From Perkinsela sp. CCAP 1560/9 (taxonomy: Eukaryota > Protista > Euglenozoa: Kinetoplastea), in assembly GCA_965644495.1 (NCBI GenBank), contig CBFFSA010000047.1, positions 1-59,270 of the forward strand: a stretch of 59,270 bases of DNA, read 5' to 3'. Within the stretch, counting starts at the first letter, position 1. Every line of letters starts with the position of its first letter. The notes beneath the pieces are model-generated. The model saw only the letters and a program-made list of their open reading frames with translations. It was not told the DNA's origin and did not search any database. The position numbers and the translations under genes were made by a program. Below, piece after piece: positions 43,374 to 54,850 of this stretch.

Positions 43374-44768
43374 CTACCCCCAACGATACATCAAACTCCC
43401 CCACACAAAATGCCCCACAAACAACACCACCCCAAGGGCCACAAACGGGACCATGGCGCCCATCATGAAGAGCACAAAAAGCAGCAACGGAATCAGCACC
43501 ACCCCGGCCACAAAAACATCAAAACTGGAGGACACGATACTCCGAAACGATTGAAATCCCGACACCAGCGCGTCCCGCGGGTCGCTGTACTCTGCGAGAT
43601 TCGCCGTTCGAGCCCCAAGGGTAAACGGGAGTTTCGGTAACGTCCGCAACCAGCGGGAGTAAAAAGGCCGAGAATTAAACGAGCGCAATAAGAAACCTAA
43701 ATCATGCCCGTAATAGGAAGGAGGAACAGAGTGGTCAATCACCCAATGACCCCTTTGTTTTCCACCTCCACCTTCCTCCCTTTCTCTCCTCTGTGCTAAA
43801 CCCTCTGAAACCCCCTCCTCGCTCCCTTCGACCTTCACCCCTTCCCCGTGGTCCTCCCCCTCCCACCCCCCCTCCTTTCCCCCCTTTCGCGCCCCCTCTC
43901 GTTTTTCTCCCTTTTTCTCCCCCTCCCCCCACCTCTTTTTTCCTTCTCCCCTTTCTTCACTCTCCCCCTCCACCCACCTATAGTAATACCGCCGCCCCCG
44001 CCGCACCGCCTCCCCCACACAGGCCTCCACCGACACCTGCGGCAGCAGCCGTACCCGGGCCTCCACCCCCTGCCCCCTCGAGAGCCCGTGGACCCTCTCC
44101 GCACTGACCGGCACATCCTCCAGGGTCAGGTGCGTGCAGTTCCCTTTCTTTGAATACTCAATGTATTCGACAAAGGTCTCCTCAAAGGCGGCAATCAACG
44201 CCTCCCGTATCCCGTGGAGCAGATTTTGATCCACCGGGAAGGAGGGGGCGGAGGGGGGGAGGGGGGGGAAGGCATCCCCGTGGAGGGAGAGGGAGGGGGA
44301 GGGGGCGTAGCAGTGGCCCGGGGGGTCGGGGAGGATTTGGATTTTGTTCCTTCGGGGAGAAGAAGTAGGGTTGGAAAAAAGAGGGGGGGGAAAAAAAGAG
44401 GAGCGATTTTTGGAAAGGGTATTTTGAGGGTTGGAACGACCAACGGAGATGTTGGAGCGACCCATGCCGTAGAGATCGTGGGGTTCAGATTTTGGGGGTG
44501 AAGGGTTTTGGTTTCGGTTTTGGTTTCTGAGGTTCGCTGCGGAGGACCGACGGGGGGAGGGGGTCCATTTTTCGTTTTCCTTGGAGGTTGTCTCGGAAGG
44601 GAGAGGTTTTAAGGTGTGGTAATGGAGATGGGAGCGTCGTTTGGAGCGGGGGGGGTGGGGAGGAGGAGGAGGGGAGGCGTCATAGGGTGTGATTTTTGTG
44701 AAGGTGGGGGGTTGGGGAGAGAGGAGGAGGAGGCTGTAGAGAAATAAGAGGAGAAAGCAGCGGTCCAT
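43374..44768 (-). CDS. Hypothetical protein, low complexity, hydrophobic N- and C-terminal segments
   Basis: 464-aa ORF on the cluster strand with signal-like start and TM-like end; homopolymer-rich, so the frame is uncertain. Confidence 0.55.
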   Translation of the reverse strand: MDRCFLLLFLYSLLLLSPQPPTFTKITPYDASPPPPPHPPRSKRRSHLHYHTLKPLPSETTSKENEKWTPSPRRSSAANLRNQNRNQNPSPPKSEPHDLYGMGRSNISVGRSNPQNTLSKNRSSFFPPPLFSNPTSSPRRNKIQILPDPPGHCYAPSPSLSLHGDAFPPLPPSAPSFPVDQNLLHGIREALIAAFEETFVEYIEYSKKGNCTHLTLEDVPVSAERVHGLSRGQGVEARVRLLPQVSVEACVGEAVRRGRRYYYRWVEGESEERGEGKKRWGEGEKKGEKREGARKGGKEGGWEGEDHGEGVKVEGSEEGVSEGLAQRREREEGGGGKQRGHWVIDHSVPPSYYGHDLGFLLRSFNSRPFYSRWLRTLPKLPFTLGARTANLAEYSDPRDALVSGFQSFRSIVSSSFDVFVAGVVLIPLLLFVLFMMGAMVPFVALGVVLFVGHFVWGSLMYRWG

Positions 44769-45031
44769 GGTGAGTTTTGAAAATAAGAAGACGGGCTAAA
44801 AATAATGTCATTTTTTGCGAGATCAAGGGGTCTTATTGTATGCAAACGTAATGAAACCTGTTTAGCCGTAGTTTAAATACATTGTGATTTTTTACATTGT
44901 ATTTTTGTGGTTTACTTCAAGTGTTTGCGCAACTTGTCTGTGTACTATTCATGTTCAAAATATACCAAAATACACTTCCTACATATAATACAAGCCAAAA
45001 ACAAAAGAATCAAGGCTTACATCTCCTTCGG

Positions 45032-48000
45032 TCACGGAAAGTGTGGAATCTCTCGTACGATTTTTGCCAATTGCTCAAACTCTTGTGTGCGCAGCACCTC
45101 TAGATACGCCTTTCGAAACTGATCTCCCACGTTCTTTACCTTCTTTGCACTAAAATTCGCATTTCGCCCAGACGCCGCATAACACTCAAACGAACTCACC
45201 AAACGACGCAACACCTCACTGCACAATCGCGAGAACCGACGTTTTAACATTTCAAGCACGTTTTTGCATGTTAATTCTTCACCCTCTTCTTCCTTACCGA
45301 ATCCACCGTCTATTCTTTCACACCAGTGCACAATTTTCACTACTTGTTGCAGGGCTTTCTGTTGTACCCAAAAAACGGCCGGGTCCTCATTGGGTCGCGT
45401 AAAGCGAGCGGAAAGAAAAGTAGAGGGTGGGGTGAGTTGATTTTCCCTGGCCTGCTCCTGGGCATTTTGAATCAACTGGTCGCGCTGCTTCCATTCCCGT
45501 GCAAGGAGATCAAAATGGAGAAGAAAGAAACCAATGTAGGATAAACCGGCGCGTATGGTTTGTACGCTATTCGGGTCGGTTTGGGAGAGCAAGGTATCGG
45601 CTTGTTCCCAGGCATGGGAGGTTAGTTTTTTCATCGAGGCGTAGAGCTCACGCAGTCGAAGAATGAGATCCGCCTCCGGATGGACTTCGGTTTGGGTAAG
45701 ATTGAGCTCAATTTCACGGAAAGTGAGTTGGAGAGTGCGAAGTTGGGTTTCACGGACTCCGGTCGGGTTGTGTAGACTCCGGTAAGCACTTTCGGCTTTG
45801 CTGAGTAAGTCATAGATGTCATCTTCTTTAGGGGATTTAGTGGAAAATGAAGAGTTCTCTTTCTTATTTTCAACTCTCTTATTTTCCTCACCTTTTTCAG
45901 CCCTCCCGTTTTCGGAATCCCGTAATGTTTTGGGAGACTCCCATTGATCGGCTACTAGTCGCATGGTGACCTTTGCCATAAGCTGCATTTCGGGAATCAT
46001 ACGTTTCGGGCGGGTTTTACGGAATAAAATATCCAATGCCTCAAGATAGTCTTCTTTTTGTGAACAAGAAAGGGCAGGATGGGAAGTCCAAGGGAGGAAC
46101 AAGAAATCGTAAAGAGGTGTTTTCGTTTTTTTTGGTTTCGTACATACCAGATTAGTCTGATCTTCCGATTCGGAATTATTAGACTCATGCTCTTCGAATC
46201 TTTCATTCTCTGATGAAGAGAAAACGCTTGTCGTTTTCATGTGCGCTCGCTTTACGTATGCCAATGCTCGATTTAAATCCGTAATGGACAGATTAACGTC
46301 ATCTGCACTTTTTAACATGTAATCTCGAGCGGTCTCGAAATACTTCAAAGCATCATTAAAGTTATCTGTGGCGAAACAGGACTCTCCACGTAAGTTGTAG
46401 AGGTCACCTAATTTTCGACAGATTGTTTTTGTCGTCGAACTCGCAGAGCTTAGCCTCCGCAGAAAAGGGTTGGAAAGAGTAATATCAGTTTGCTCAGTTA
46501 AAAGCGGAGGTTCTGCGAGTGATGAGACTGGAATGAGTTGCATTTCAGAAGGATTGGTTTTCTTCGCTCGTTTGGTACCTCCCATTGCTTCATCCAGTAA
46601 TGCGAGGTAGTATTTCAGGGAATGGGAAAAATGTACGTCCACAGACTCACTCATATTTCGCATGACCAAAGTGTTTGCATCCACAAGAGGTAGAACAATT
46701 TCGTTTTCATCAGACTTCAACTGCGAACTATTCCCCCAATGGTTGGTGTCGATGTCCGAATTAGTATCTCGTTCCTTTTCAGTAGATACCTCACGCAAAG
46801 AATTCAAAGCTTTGCATTCATTCTGGTTCATAATTTGCAAAACATTTCTACTTTCGTTTTTCACTTCACTAGCAGCCCATTCTTTCATTCGTGTTTGCAA
46901 ATCTTTAATTTTTATTTTCTTCTTAAAACACGCAGTAGCAACATGATGATGCCAATCTCCCAGTATTTCTGCCAACCTTTCTTCTCGGCTGGTAGGAGAC
47001 AACTCGTTCAGCCAATTGGGCTTCAAGTTCAACCCGGTTTGTAAATTTTGCAATAATTGCCAAGTATCGAATAATTCGTATTTCTCCAACTGGATGTGAA
47101 GCAAAACATATTGAGCCTCCCATAGACGTGTTCGAGAAATACTTTTCGCGTCCAGGCGCAATGCATGCTCCATATGATTCACCAAAAGATCGTGATAGCG
47201 TAGATTTTCCTCATCTTCCGTTTCTTTCGCTTCCGCATTCGGTACGGTTTCTGCTATCTTATCCTCCCTTGTTGCTACATCCATTCCCTTTCCTTTTCCT
47301 GCCGATTTTTTATTTCCGTGTGGTTTCGACTTCAGTTTCACTTCCACAGCAACGGGCGCCGACACGGTTCTCCGCTTCTGCTCCAAAGTACGAATAGCTT
47401 TTTCATACAAATCAATGAGCAAAAGTAGTGCTTGAACGGTCGTCACGGGTTGACTCTTTTCATCGATCAGGGCGACGCATTTCTCCAGTAGTCCCCGAGC
47501 ATGGAGATATTCTGTAGATCCTTTGCGCGGTTGTGCGAGTGCCATTTCTGCCATACGAAAGTAGAGTGTAGACATAGGAAGGGAAAGTTCGGATGGCGAT
47601 GTTCCCTTCATTGCACTCCCGGTTTCTTTCCCAACATTTCGGTCGGATAACAGTGTTGCAGAATCCTGTTGTCCTTCCATAATTTGTCGTGGAATCTTGT
47701 CCTTCGCATTTCCTTCCCCTTTTCTTTCTTCATCACTCTGTGCCGTGTAATACTTTGTAAATCCGCATAAATCATATAATTTTAAGCTCCCACTATTTGG
47801 GTCTTTTAGCACCAAATAACTTGCGCCTTTTCGCGTACAATGCGCTCGAAGCCATTTCAGGACACGTCCAGAAAACTGTTGCAACTCCACGGGCTCAAAC
47901 GAGGCGGACGGAAAAGAATTGGGCAGCTCACTTGTGGGAATAATTTGATACCCCTCGACAATGCCCTCATTGTGGTAACAAAGCGCTACGTGACTTACCG

Positions 48001-49429
48001 CACTGAGTACATTTTCCAGCCACAGTTCTAAAAGTTCAAGCTGGGAGAGAGAAGCAACCGCGGAGGATTTGTTGCTTTGTTCAGAACCGGAAGATGAAGA
48101 CACATTTTGAAGATGAAGCCTTAAATCGGTACCATGCTCCTCACTATGGACCAAGGGGAGGTTGGAGCCGACCAGCATTTTAAGCTCACCCATACGCCAG
48201 CATACGGAGCGAGCGTAAGTATCGGGGGAAGGTTTGTCGGGAGGTGAATCCAAAGATGGTCTAATTCTTTGGCGTGTGGAAAGTTGTGGAGAACTCGCGT
48301 CCGTGTGGCTTTCATTCGATTTGTAGGATTTGTTTCCCAAATTATTTTCATCTTTTTCTTCCTCTGTTTTCCTTCCGGTTGATCCTGTTGTTGCTTCTTT
48401 ATTTTCCTCTGCACTTTCCACGCCTGCGAGCACAGAGTAATACAACAATTTTGTTTGTAGTGAACGATAATGCGTTTCCGAGACATTCGCACAGGATTGC
48501 ATCGGTTGTGTGCTACTGGATTCAATTACAATTGCCCGTCCGACTTTGTGGACGGCTAGAGCCAATGCTTTTTTGGAAGGTGTCGCGGGAGTACTTAGCA
48601 AATCCCGCAAAGTATCGACAGAGGAAATGACATCAAACTGATCGGCGGCGCTGGTTTCAGAGGAATATGTGTTTGGGTCTTTTTCATGTTCTAGATGGGA
48701 ATGAGAAAATTGGGAAATATTTTCGGAAATGGACTGAGCGCTGGAATTTTCAGTCGATGGTTTCGAAGGCGACTCGAATTTGTTATCTGTTGGCTGAACC
48801 GTATGGGAAAGAGCTAAGGCACTTTCGGGAAAGACAGAAATCGCGTGAGGAGATCGAGATGCTGTTCTGAGGTAAGATGTTTTGGACTTTCTTCCCGAGT
48901 ACATCCCAGAGGGCGTCTCGTTGAGATTCGTGCCTGAGAGGTCGGAAAATTTAGGAATCGGTTCAGTAGATAGTGCAGGAGACATTTTCGACATTTGATT
49001 TGACGCAGAAGTGTTTGATTTGAATATTGGCAGCTTCGCATGCGCTTTGGCATCTTTGTGTCGATTGTTGAGATTTTTCTCATCACACGACATTTTAGAT
49101 AACTTTTTGATCGCCAGATTCGCAGTTTCTTCCCCTACACTCTTAGGCTCGTCTTGTTCCTTGTCTTTCAATGTTATGACAGATGATGTGCCTCGGGGAG
49201 GGTGGATGCGCGTAACGTCGAACTCACTTAAAAAGTTTGGAGGGAGAAGAGTGTAGGACGCTGTTAATGGATTCCATGCGCGAGCTGAGGGATCCGAAAA
49301 CGAAGAATGGACATGGGACCTCTCTGACGAAAACTTCGAATTCACTGCCGATGTGTGTTTGTGGGAGAAAACGTCGCCTGTAGACATGGAAAAGTGGTTG
49401 TTTTCTACGCAATAGAATACGAATTCCAA
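45032..49429 (-). CDS. EDRF1-like TPR-containing protein (1465 aa)
   Basis: VHKVGRAIVI, MLVGSNLP, WLENVL..V..VALCYH.EGIVEGY, C...G.SY....LKLYDL motifs of the EDRF1 N-terminal domain. Confidence 0.85.
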   Translation of the reverse strand: MEFVFYCVENNHFSMSTGDVFSHKHTSAVNSKFSSERSHVHSSFSDPSARAWNPLTASYTLLPPNFLSEFDVTRIHPPRGTSSVITLKDKEQDEPKSVGEETANLAIKKLSKMSCDEKNLNNRHKDAKAHAKLPIFKSNTSASNQMSKMSPALSTEPIPKFSDLSGTNLNETPSGMYSGRKSKTSYLRTASRSPHAISVFPESALALSHTVQPTDNKFESPSKPSTENSSAQSISENISQFSHSHLEHEKDPNTYSSETSAADQFDVISSVDTLRDLLSTPATPSKKALALAVHKVGRAIVIESSSTQPMQSCANVSETHYRSLQTKLLYYSVLAGVESAEENKEATTGSTGRKTEEEKDENNLGNKSYKSNESHTDASSPQLSTRQRIRPSLDSPPDKPSPDTYARSVCWRMGELKMLVGSNLPLVHSEEHGTDLRLHLQNVSSSSGSEQSNKSSAVASLSQLELLELWLENVLSAVSHVALCYHNEGIVEGYQIIPTSELPNSFPSASFEPVELQQFSGRVLKWLRAHCTRKGASYLVLKDPNSGSLKLYDLCGFTKYYTAQSDEERKGEGNAKDKIPRQIMEGQQDSATLLSDRNVGKETGSAMKGTSPSELSLPMSTLYFRMAEMALAQPRKGSTEYLHARGLLEKCVALIDEKSQPVTTVQALLLLIDLYEKAIRTLEQKRRTVSAPVAVEVKLKSKPHGNKKSAGKGKGMDVATREDKIAETVPNAEAKETEDEENLRYHDLLVNHMEHALRLDAKSISRTRLWEAQYVLLHIQLEKYELFDTWQLLQNLQTGLNLKPNWLNELSPTSREERLAEILGDWHHHVATACFKKKIKIKDLQTRMKEWAASEVKNESRNVLQIMNQNECKALNSLREVSTEKERDTNSDIDTNHWGNSSQLKSDENEIVLPLVDANTLVMRNMSESVDVHFSHSLKYYLALLDEAMGGTKRAKKTNPSEMQLIPVSSLAEPPLLTEQTDITLSNPFLRRLSSASSTTKTICRKLGDLYNLRGESCFATDNFNDALKYFETARDYMLKSADDVNLSITDLNRALAYVKRAHMKTTSVFSSSENERFEEHESNNSESEDQTNLVCTKPKKTKTPLYDFLFLPWTSHPALSCSQKEDYLEALDILFRKTRPKRMIPEMQLMAKVTMRLVADQWESPKTLRDSENGRAEKGEENKRVENKKENSSFSTKSPKEDDIYDLLSKAESAYRSLHNPTGVRETQLRTLQLTFREIELNLTQTEVHPEADLILRLRELYASMKKLTSHAWEQADTLLSQTDPNSVQTIRAGLSYIGFFLLHFDLLAREWKQRDQLIQNAQEQARENQLTPPSTFLSARFTRPNEDPAVFWVQQKALQQVVKIVHWCERIDGGFGKEEEGEELTCKNVLEMLKRRFSRLCSEVLRRLVSSFECYAASGRNANFSAKKVKNVGDQFRKAYLEVLRTQEFEQLAKIVREIPHFP

Positions 49430-49828
49430 AGTTTAAATATTTTTGTAAACTTGGCAATACCACAGCAAGTCACGGGTCACTCACTAAACAAAGAAGTATT
49501 TTTTGGCCTCGCATTTCGTGATGTTTCTATTCTAGAACTGTAAAATTGCGCATGTCATGTCGCTGTATAAAAGGCGTACACGAATCACACCCTTCGAGGG
49601 CATCACGGTTGAATATGAATGCAACACATTCTCATCGGAATTTTAATCTATGTACACAGCGCTCCAAAAAATGCGACGGTTGACTCCCTGGTAAAAACTT
49701 GGAGATCAACTCTTTTATAAAAAAAAACCATGGTTTCAAATGTGTATAAAATCAGCAAGTTATCCAAACTATACTTTTTCGATTTGGTTCTGAATCATTT
49801 TTTTAACCCAACGTTTTCCGTCATCATC

Positions 49829-52074
49829 TTAAAAAGGTACAAAACAGGCCACCAAACAAAGGAAAACACTTGCGAGCATCCAAAAAAGCGAACCCCAAAG
49901 CGAGCTGGACGTCCCGAGCTCAGCTTCCGTTTCCCCTTCCTCCACTGACATCGATTTTTCCTCTTGCATCCTCTGCGGGGTGCGTTTTCCAATAAAAGGT
50001 CCATGGAGACTTCCTCCCAAGCCATCCATTCCGGCATAAAAGGGGGAACTCCCTGCTTCCTCCCCCAGTGCGCTCGAAGAGGTCCATCGGCGTAGAAACT
50101 GAGACGCGGAGTAGGACAGCGGGGAGGTATACGCACTTGCGGCATTCACCACGCACTGCCCCGTGCGCTCACTGTTGCTACAGACCCGGATGCCGACCAC
50201 AGACACCGCAGAGCTCTCGAGCGGACGGTTCTCGTTTTGGAAGCACGCAACGGTGTGCGGGTTGGTCCCAGAGCGCTCTTCATCGGAGGCCGTTTTCCCG
50301 GTCTGATTTTTAGCTTCCTCCTTGGAGGTTCCACCTTCCTCCTGCGCACGCTCCGCCTCCCCTGTTGGAAACGCTTTCGAGGAGCGTGGAAGCGCTGAGT
50401 GGGCATAGTACCCCTCCGCCGATAAATCGTTCATGTCCATCGAGGTCGAGTGTCGTGTCCTGTGAAGCTGCAAATCCCCTTTGGGGAGGAGACGCTTACT
50501 CACAAACGGGTTGCCCACCATAATCAGTTTCCCTCGCGGCATATGCCAGCACGGGGACTTCTCCGAAATCTCGTTAAACGACAAGTCAATGAGCCGCGCA
50601 GGAGGCGTGGGGAGTTTCGAAAAAGGCGTTTCCCCCCTCTCTGAGGACCCATAAAACTCCGAGCGATACCCCACCCTACTCACCCCTCGCTCCAGCCACC
50701 CTTTTCTCGAAAACAACGGCCACTTTGTCAGTTTGTTCTGCGCCATGTCAATCTTCACCACACTCTCCGGGAGCTCTGAAAAATCAACCTCCGTCGGAAC
50801 CTCCTCCTCCCCACTCCCCTCCCCATTCGTCAAAAACAACCCCGGCTCTCGACAATGCTCATTAAAACACAACCCCCGGGGAACCGGCCGAAACGGCACC
50901 ACGCCTCCCCCCTCCCCCCCCTCCTCCCCCCCCCTCCCTCCCCCCCGGCCTCACCGAAAACGTCAAATACCCCGCAACCCTCCGCGTCGTCTCCCCCGCA
51001 AACGTCACCGTCACCCTCACATACCCCTGTCCCCGCGTCAACGGGGCCAAATCCCTCCCCCGTACCCGTCTCACCCGCGCCCGTGGACACCGTCCCAGGT
51101 GTCTTACCCCCCCACCCCCCCCTCCCCCCCCCCTCCCCCCCCCTGTCTCCGTCGTCTCGGCGAGACGTGCACCACGCGCAGCCCCCCGAGGAACCCGTTC
51201 ACCTTCGCCAGCCCCGTGACCGCGTCCCGGAGGTAGGCCTCGCACCGCGGGATCCCCCCCGGGGGCTCGACCCGGACCCAGGGGACGCCGCGGAGCTCGA
51301 GGCAGGCGGCCCCGCGGAGGGAGACGGCGGTGAGGTCGAGGATGGCGCGGTGGGTGGGGGGGGCGTGGGTGAGGGGGCAGAGGAAGGCGTGGTCGAGGGT
51401 GGCGGGGGCGGCGCGGGGGGCGTAGCCGGGGCGGAAGGCGTGGCTGAGGTTGAGGAGGCGGAGGGCGCGGGGGGGGGAGGGGGGGGCGAGGGGGGAGGCG
51501 AGCGCGTTGGCGCTGAGGTCGCAGATGTCGGTGGCGGGGGGGAGGAGGCCGAGGTCGAGGGGGGGGCGGGGGGCGGGGGTGGGGGGGGCGCTCGTTCGGT
51601 GCATGGGGGGGAGGGGGGGGATTGCGTTCCTTTGGGACATGTTGAGGATTTCGTTCCTTTGGGGCATGTTGAGGATTTCGTTCCTTTCGCGCATGTTGTG
51701 CATTTTGCGGGTGTTGTGCATTTCGCTCATTTTGTGCATTTCGTGCATTTTGTGCCTTTTGCGGATTTTGGGCATTTTGTGCATTTTGTGCCTTTTGCGG
51801 ATTTGAAGATTTTGCTGTGCTTCTTTGGGTTTCGTTTTGGGTTTCGTTTTGGTTTTGGCTTTGGTTTTAGATTGCGATGCCTCTGAGGTGGGTGGGGGTT
51901 AGGGAAGGGGAAGGGGAAGGGGAAGAAGCTGCGGATGAACGGGAAGAGGGTGATGCGGAGGCGTGGGTTGTGCTTACCCTTCGAGGATAGGTCGTGAGGG
52001 TACAGATGGGGGAGGGAGTTTCCGAGGGCGGGGGGTCGTATTGGGGATGAGGTTGGGAGAGGTAGGCAGGCCAT
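49829..52074 (-). CDS. Probable LRR-containing protein with C-terminal TM, frame broken in G/C homopolymers
   Basis: LDLGLLPP...CDLSANAL, LRLLNLS and VDFSELPESVVKIDMAQNKL across ORFs 51104-51784 and 49829-50902. Confidence 0.5.
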
Positions 52075-53990
52075 GGGGGGGTACCGGGGGCGGAGAGGGT
52101 GGCGCTGGCATTCATCATCTCTTTTGTGGTTCCGGTGGTGGGGGGTTGATGGCCTCGTCGTCGCTGTTGTTGTTCATAGATGGCACGTCGGTAGGACCCG
52201 CTGAGGTCGAGGGCATAGGAGAGATGCACCCAGAGCACGACTAGACCGGTAGGGGCGTCGGAGGGGTTTTTTCCCATGGCGTACTCGCTGGAGCTTCGTC
52301 GACGGTAGGTCGTGGGGGAATGGCCGTTGTCGGTGGTGTGCTGCGCAGTACCGCTATGGGCGTGATGTTGTGGCATCCCGGCTTCCTCCCCCTTCTCCCA
52401 GTGATGGGTAATATCCTCACTTGGTGTATTCAACGGCGAACGCTGAAGTGTCCACCCGCGACGTGTGGCGAAACGGGACGTTAGCGCGGCTTCGTTGGGG
52501 TTGATGCGCGCAACGGTGAGGGAGTACAATGAGGCAATCTGTTCCTGTGGAATGAGCTGGGCATGGGTGAGAATGTACTCCTCTTTGCCCGGGACGGGGC
52601 TACTTCCTGCCCCCGAAGGTCCATAGAAACTGGTCGATCCTGTGGTTTTTGAAGGCCTTCCACTCTCGGAAGGATGTCGCCGACTTCCTGTAGGCGTAGT
52701 TCGCGATGAGGAGAAACTCCCATGTTGGCGTTCTCCTTTTGGGGGATGCGCTCGTCGTTCGACACTTCGCGAGCGCCCGGATTTGATGGAATTCGGATTC
52801 TTATGGGGAGTGCTTGGGGGAGACTCGTTCGCGCCCGGATTTGCGCACGAACCAGCCATCGTCCCACAGGCGTCTCTTCTCGTTGGCGTGATTGGGAGCG
52901 AAAATCGGAATCTCCAGCCGATGAGTCGGGGGCAATGGTTCTTGTGGCATAGAGGCAAAGGAGAGCGTATTGTTCTTGGGAGAAAACTGTCCAAAAGAGG
53001 GAAACGACGAAGCCCCATGCATCGGATGGGGTGCCGAATGTGCCGCACTCGGCCGGCCAAACGCATTTTGCCCGCTGTGTAACAATACCATTCGTGGATC
53101 ATTAGGGGAGGACAGTGTCGCGCCAGCGGAGCCTGTCGGGTTAATCAAGTGTGCTTTTTCCGCTGCGTTCTGCACCCCCATCTCCTCTAAATCCAACGCC
53201 TCCCGTACCCATCGCAGCACCGGATCCTCCCATGACGCTAGGGGGTGAATATAACTTCGTGAGACCTCGGGATGCAAAGGCTTTGTTTTTTTCGGGGTGG
53301 CGCTGACAGATTGGGCTCGCTGTTTTCCTTTTCGTAATGTTCAACCGTAAAGGTTCGTAAAAACGCGTTTAACCCACTAACGTCCCGCCGGAGTAGCTGC
53401 ACTAATTGTGTAGCTAGACTCGAGGGGAGGCCAGAGGGGTGAGGACTGTCTTGGGGTAATGCCAATGGAGTAGGGGTCGAGCCAAGACTGCGGGCATTCA
53501 TTCGAGGTGCTTGGGTGGCTTGCGCCAATAAGGTAGGCGAAACGTGTACATTTGCGGAAGATCCCGAAGCGCGAGAACGGGGATCATTTGGTGAATTGGT
53601 TCCACTTCCTTTTCCCTCAAGGGGGGCGCTGGAAATCGGATTTGCTGTCACAGTCTTTGGGCTTGGATTGGAATTTAGGGATGTTTGTCGTGAGGGACTG
53701 CTGTGAATTTCTTGTCGCAGCGCTTTGGCTTTCGCAAGAGCCGATTCAGTAGGGGAATTGGTAAGGGATCGTTCAGCCGCAGCGGCTCGTCGAGCCCCGG
53801 CTCGTATGGACGAAGCAGATTGTGCGCTTTCGCGTCCCGCAGGAGGGCTACGTGCTTTGGAGTATCCTGAGGCGCCTGAGGAAGACACGCTCCGGGTTTG
53901 AAAGCTCTTGTCGTCCTCAAGGTTGTCAGAAGGAAATTTCGGTCTACGTCGAATCGGATCGCTGGTTGTAACGCCCAAGGAGGAACCCAC
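51867..53990 (-). CDS. Hypothetical Ser/Pro-rich protein, apparently frameshifted (ORFs 53238-53990, 52801-53277, 51867-53102)
   Basis: Overlapping same-strand ORFs; begins MGSS (possible myristoylation). Confidence 0.45.
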
Positions 53991-54850
53991 GAAACGGGTG
54001 ATAGTTCGTACTTAGAAATCTTTTCGCAGGATGAACCTCCGATCGAATGAATCGAAAAGACGGCAAAGCATATCGCAAGATGAGAGAGGACAGGAATACG
54101 AGTGCGGCGCATAGGAGTATTCTCTCGAGATATTGTCTTCCGCATGTTTACAGCAGAGCACTGCAGAGTTGCCGTGTCAAGGAGTGCACAGAAAACAATG
54201 AGACAACGAGAAATAACAAAGGTAAGAGTAAACGAAGCGTTTCTAGGCTTTTCAATGGCAAAAAAGTGGATCGACCATACACAAAGGGAAGTTCGGTTTT
54301 CGTAACCAATTGTTAGTTTTCACGTATTGTAGTCTATAACGTTTGCCAAAAGCCAACGTACTTGTACTACTATATAATGTACTAAGGAAGGTGCAATTGA
54401 GGCAAAGTCATACACGAATATACTGGTATCACGTTGGAAAAACTACTTCACAAATTGCTGGGAAAATCTCCCGTCTACAAACGCATGGGAAAAATTTTCC
54501 AAAAGATATATATAAATATGAAGAACATAGCATATGAAAGTGTTACAACACAAATAAAAAAAATCTCAAACAAAAGCGTACAACGCATTTTAAGGGCTAG
54601 GCTATCTGAACTTGATAACGTATCATTAGACTTCTTTCAAATAATTACTAAAATGTCAAACAAAAATACAACTCAATCAATTCCGCGGCTTATTACGGTA
54701 GTTTTTCATAACAACGTATTGATTCTTCCTTATTTGAGAGCTAGGTTAGGCTACTATCGATCAGTGCTGCTTTCTTCAAAGTTTTTTGAGCTTGAAAAGA
54801 AGCTGCTTACGCCAAGCACGAGTGATACGGCCAACTAACGTTTTGGACAT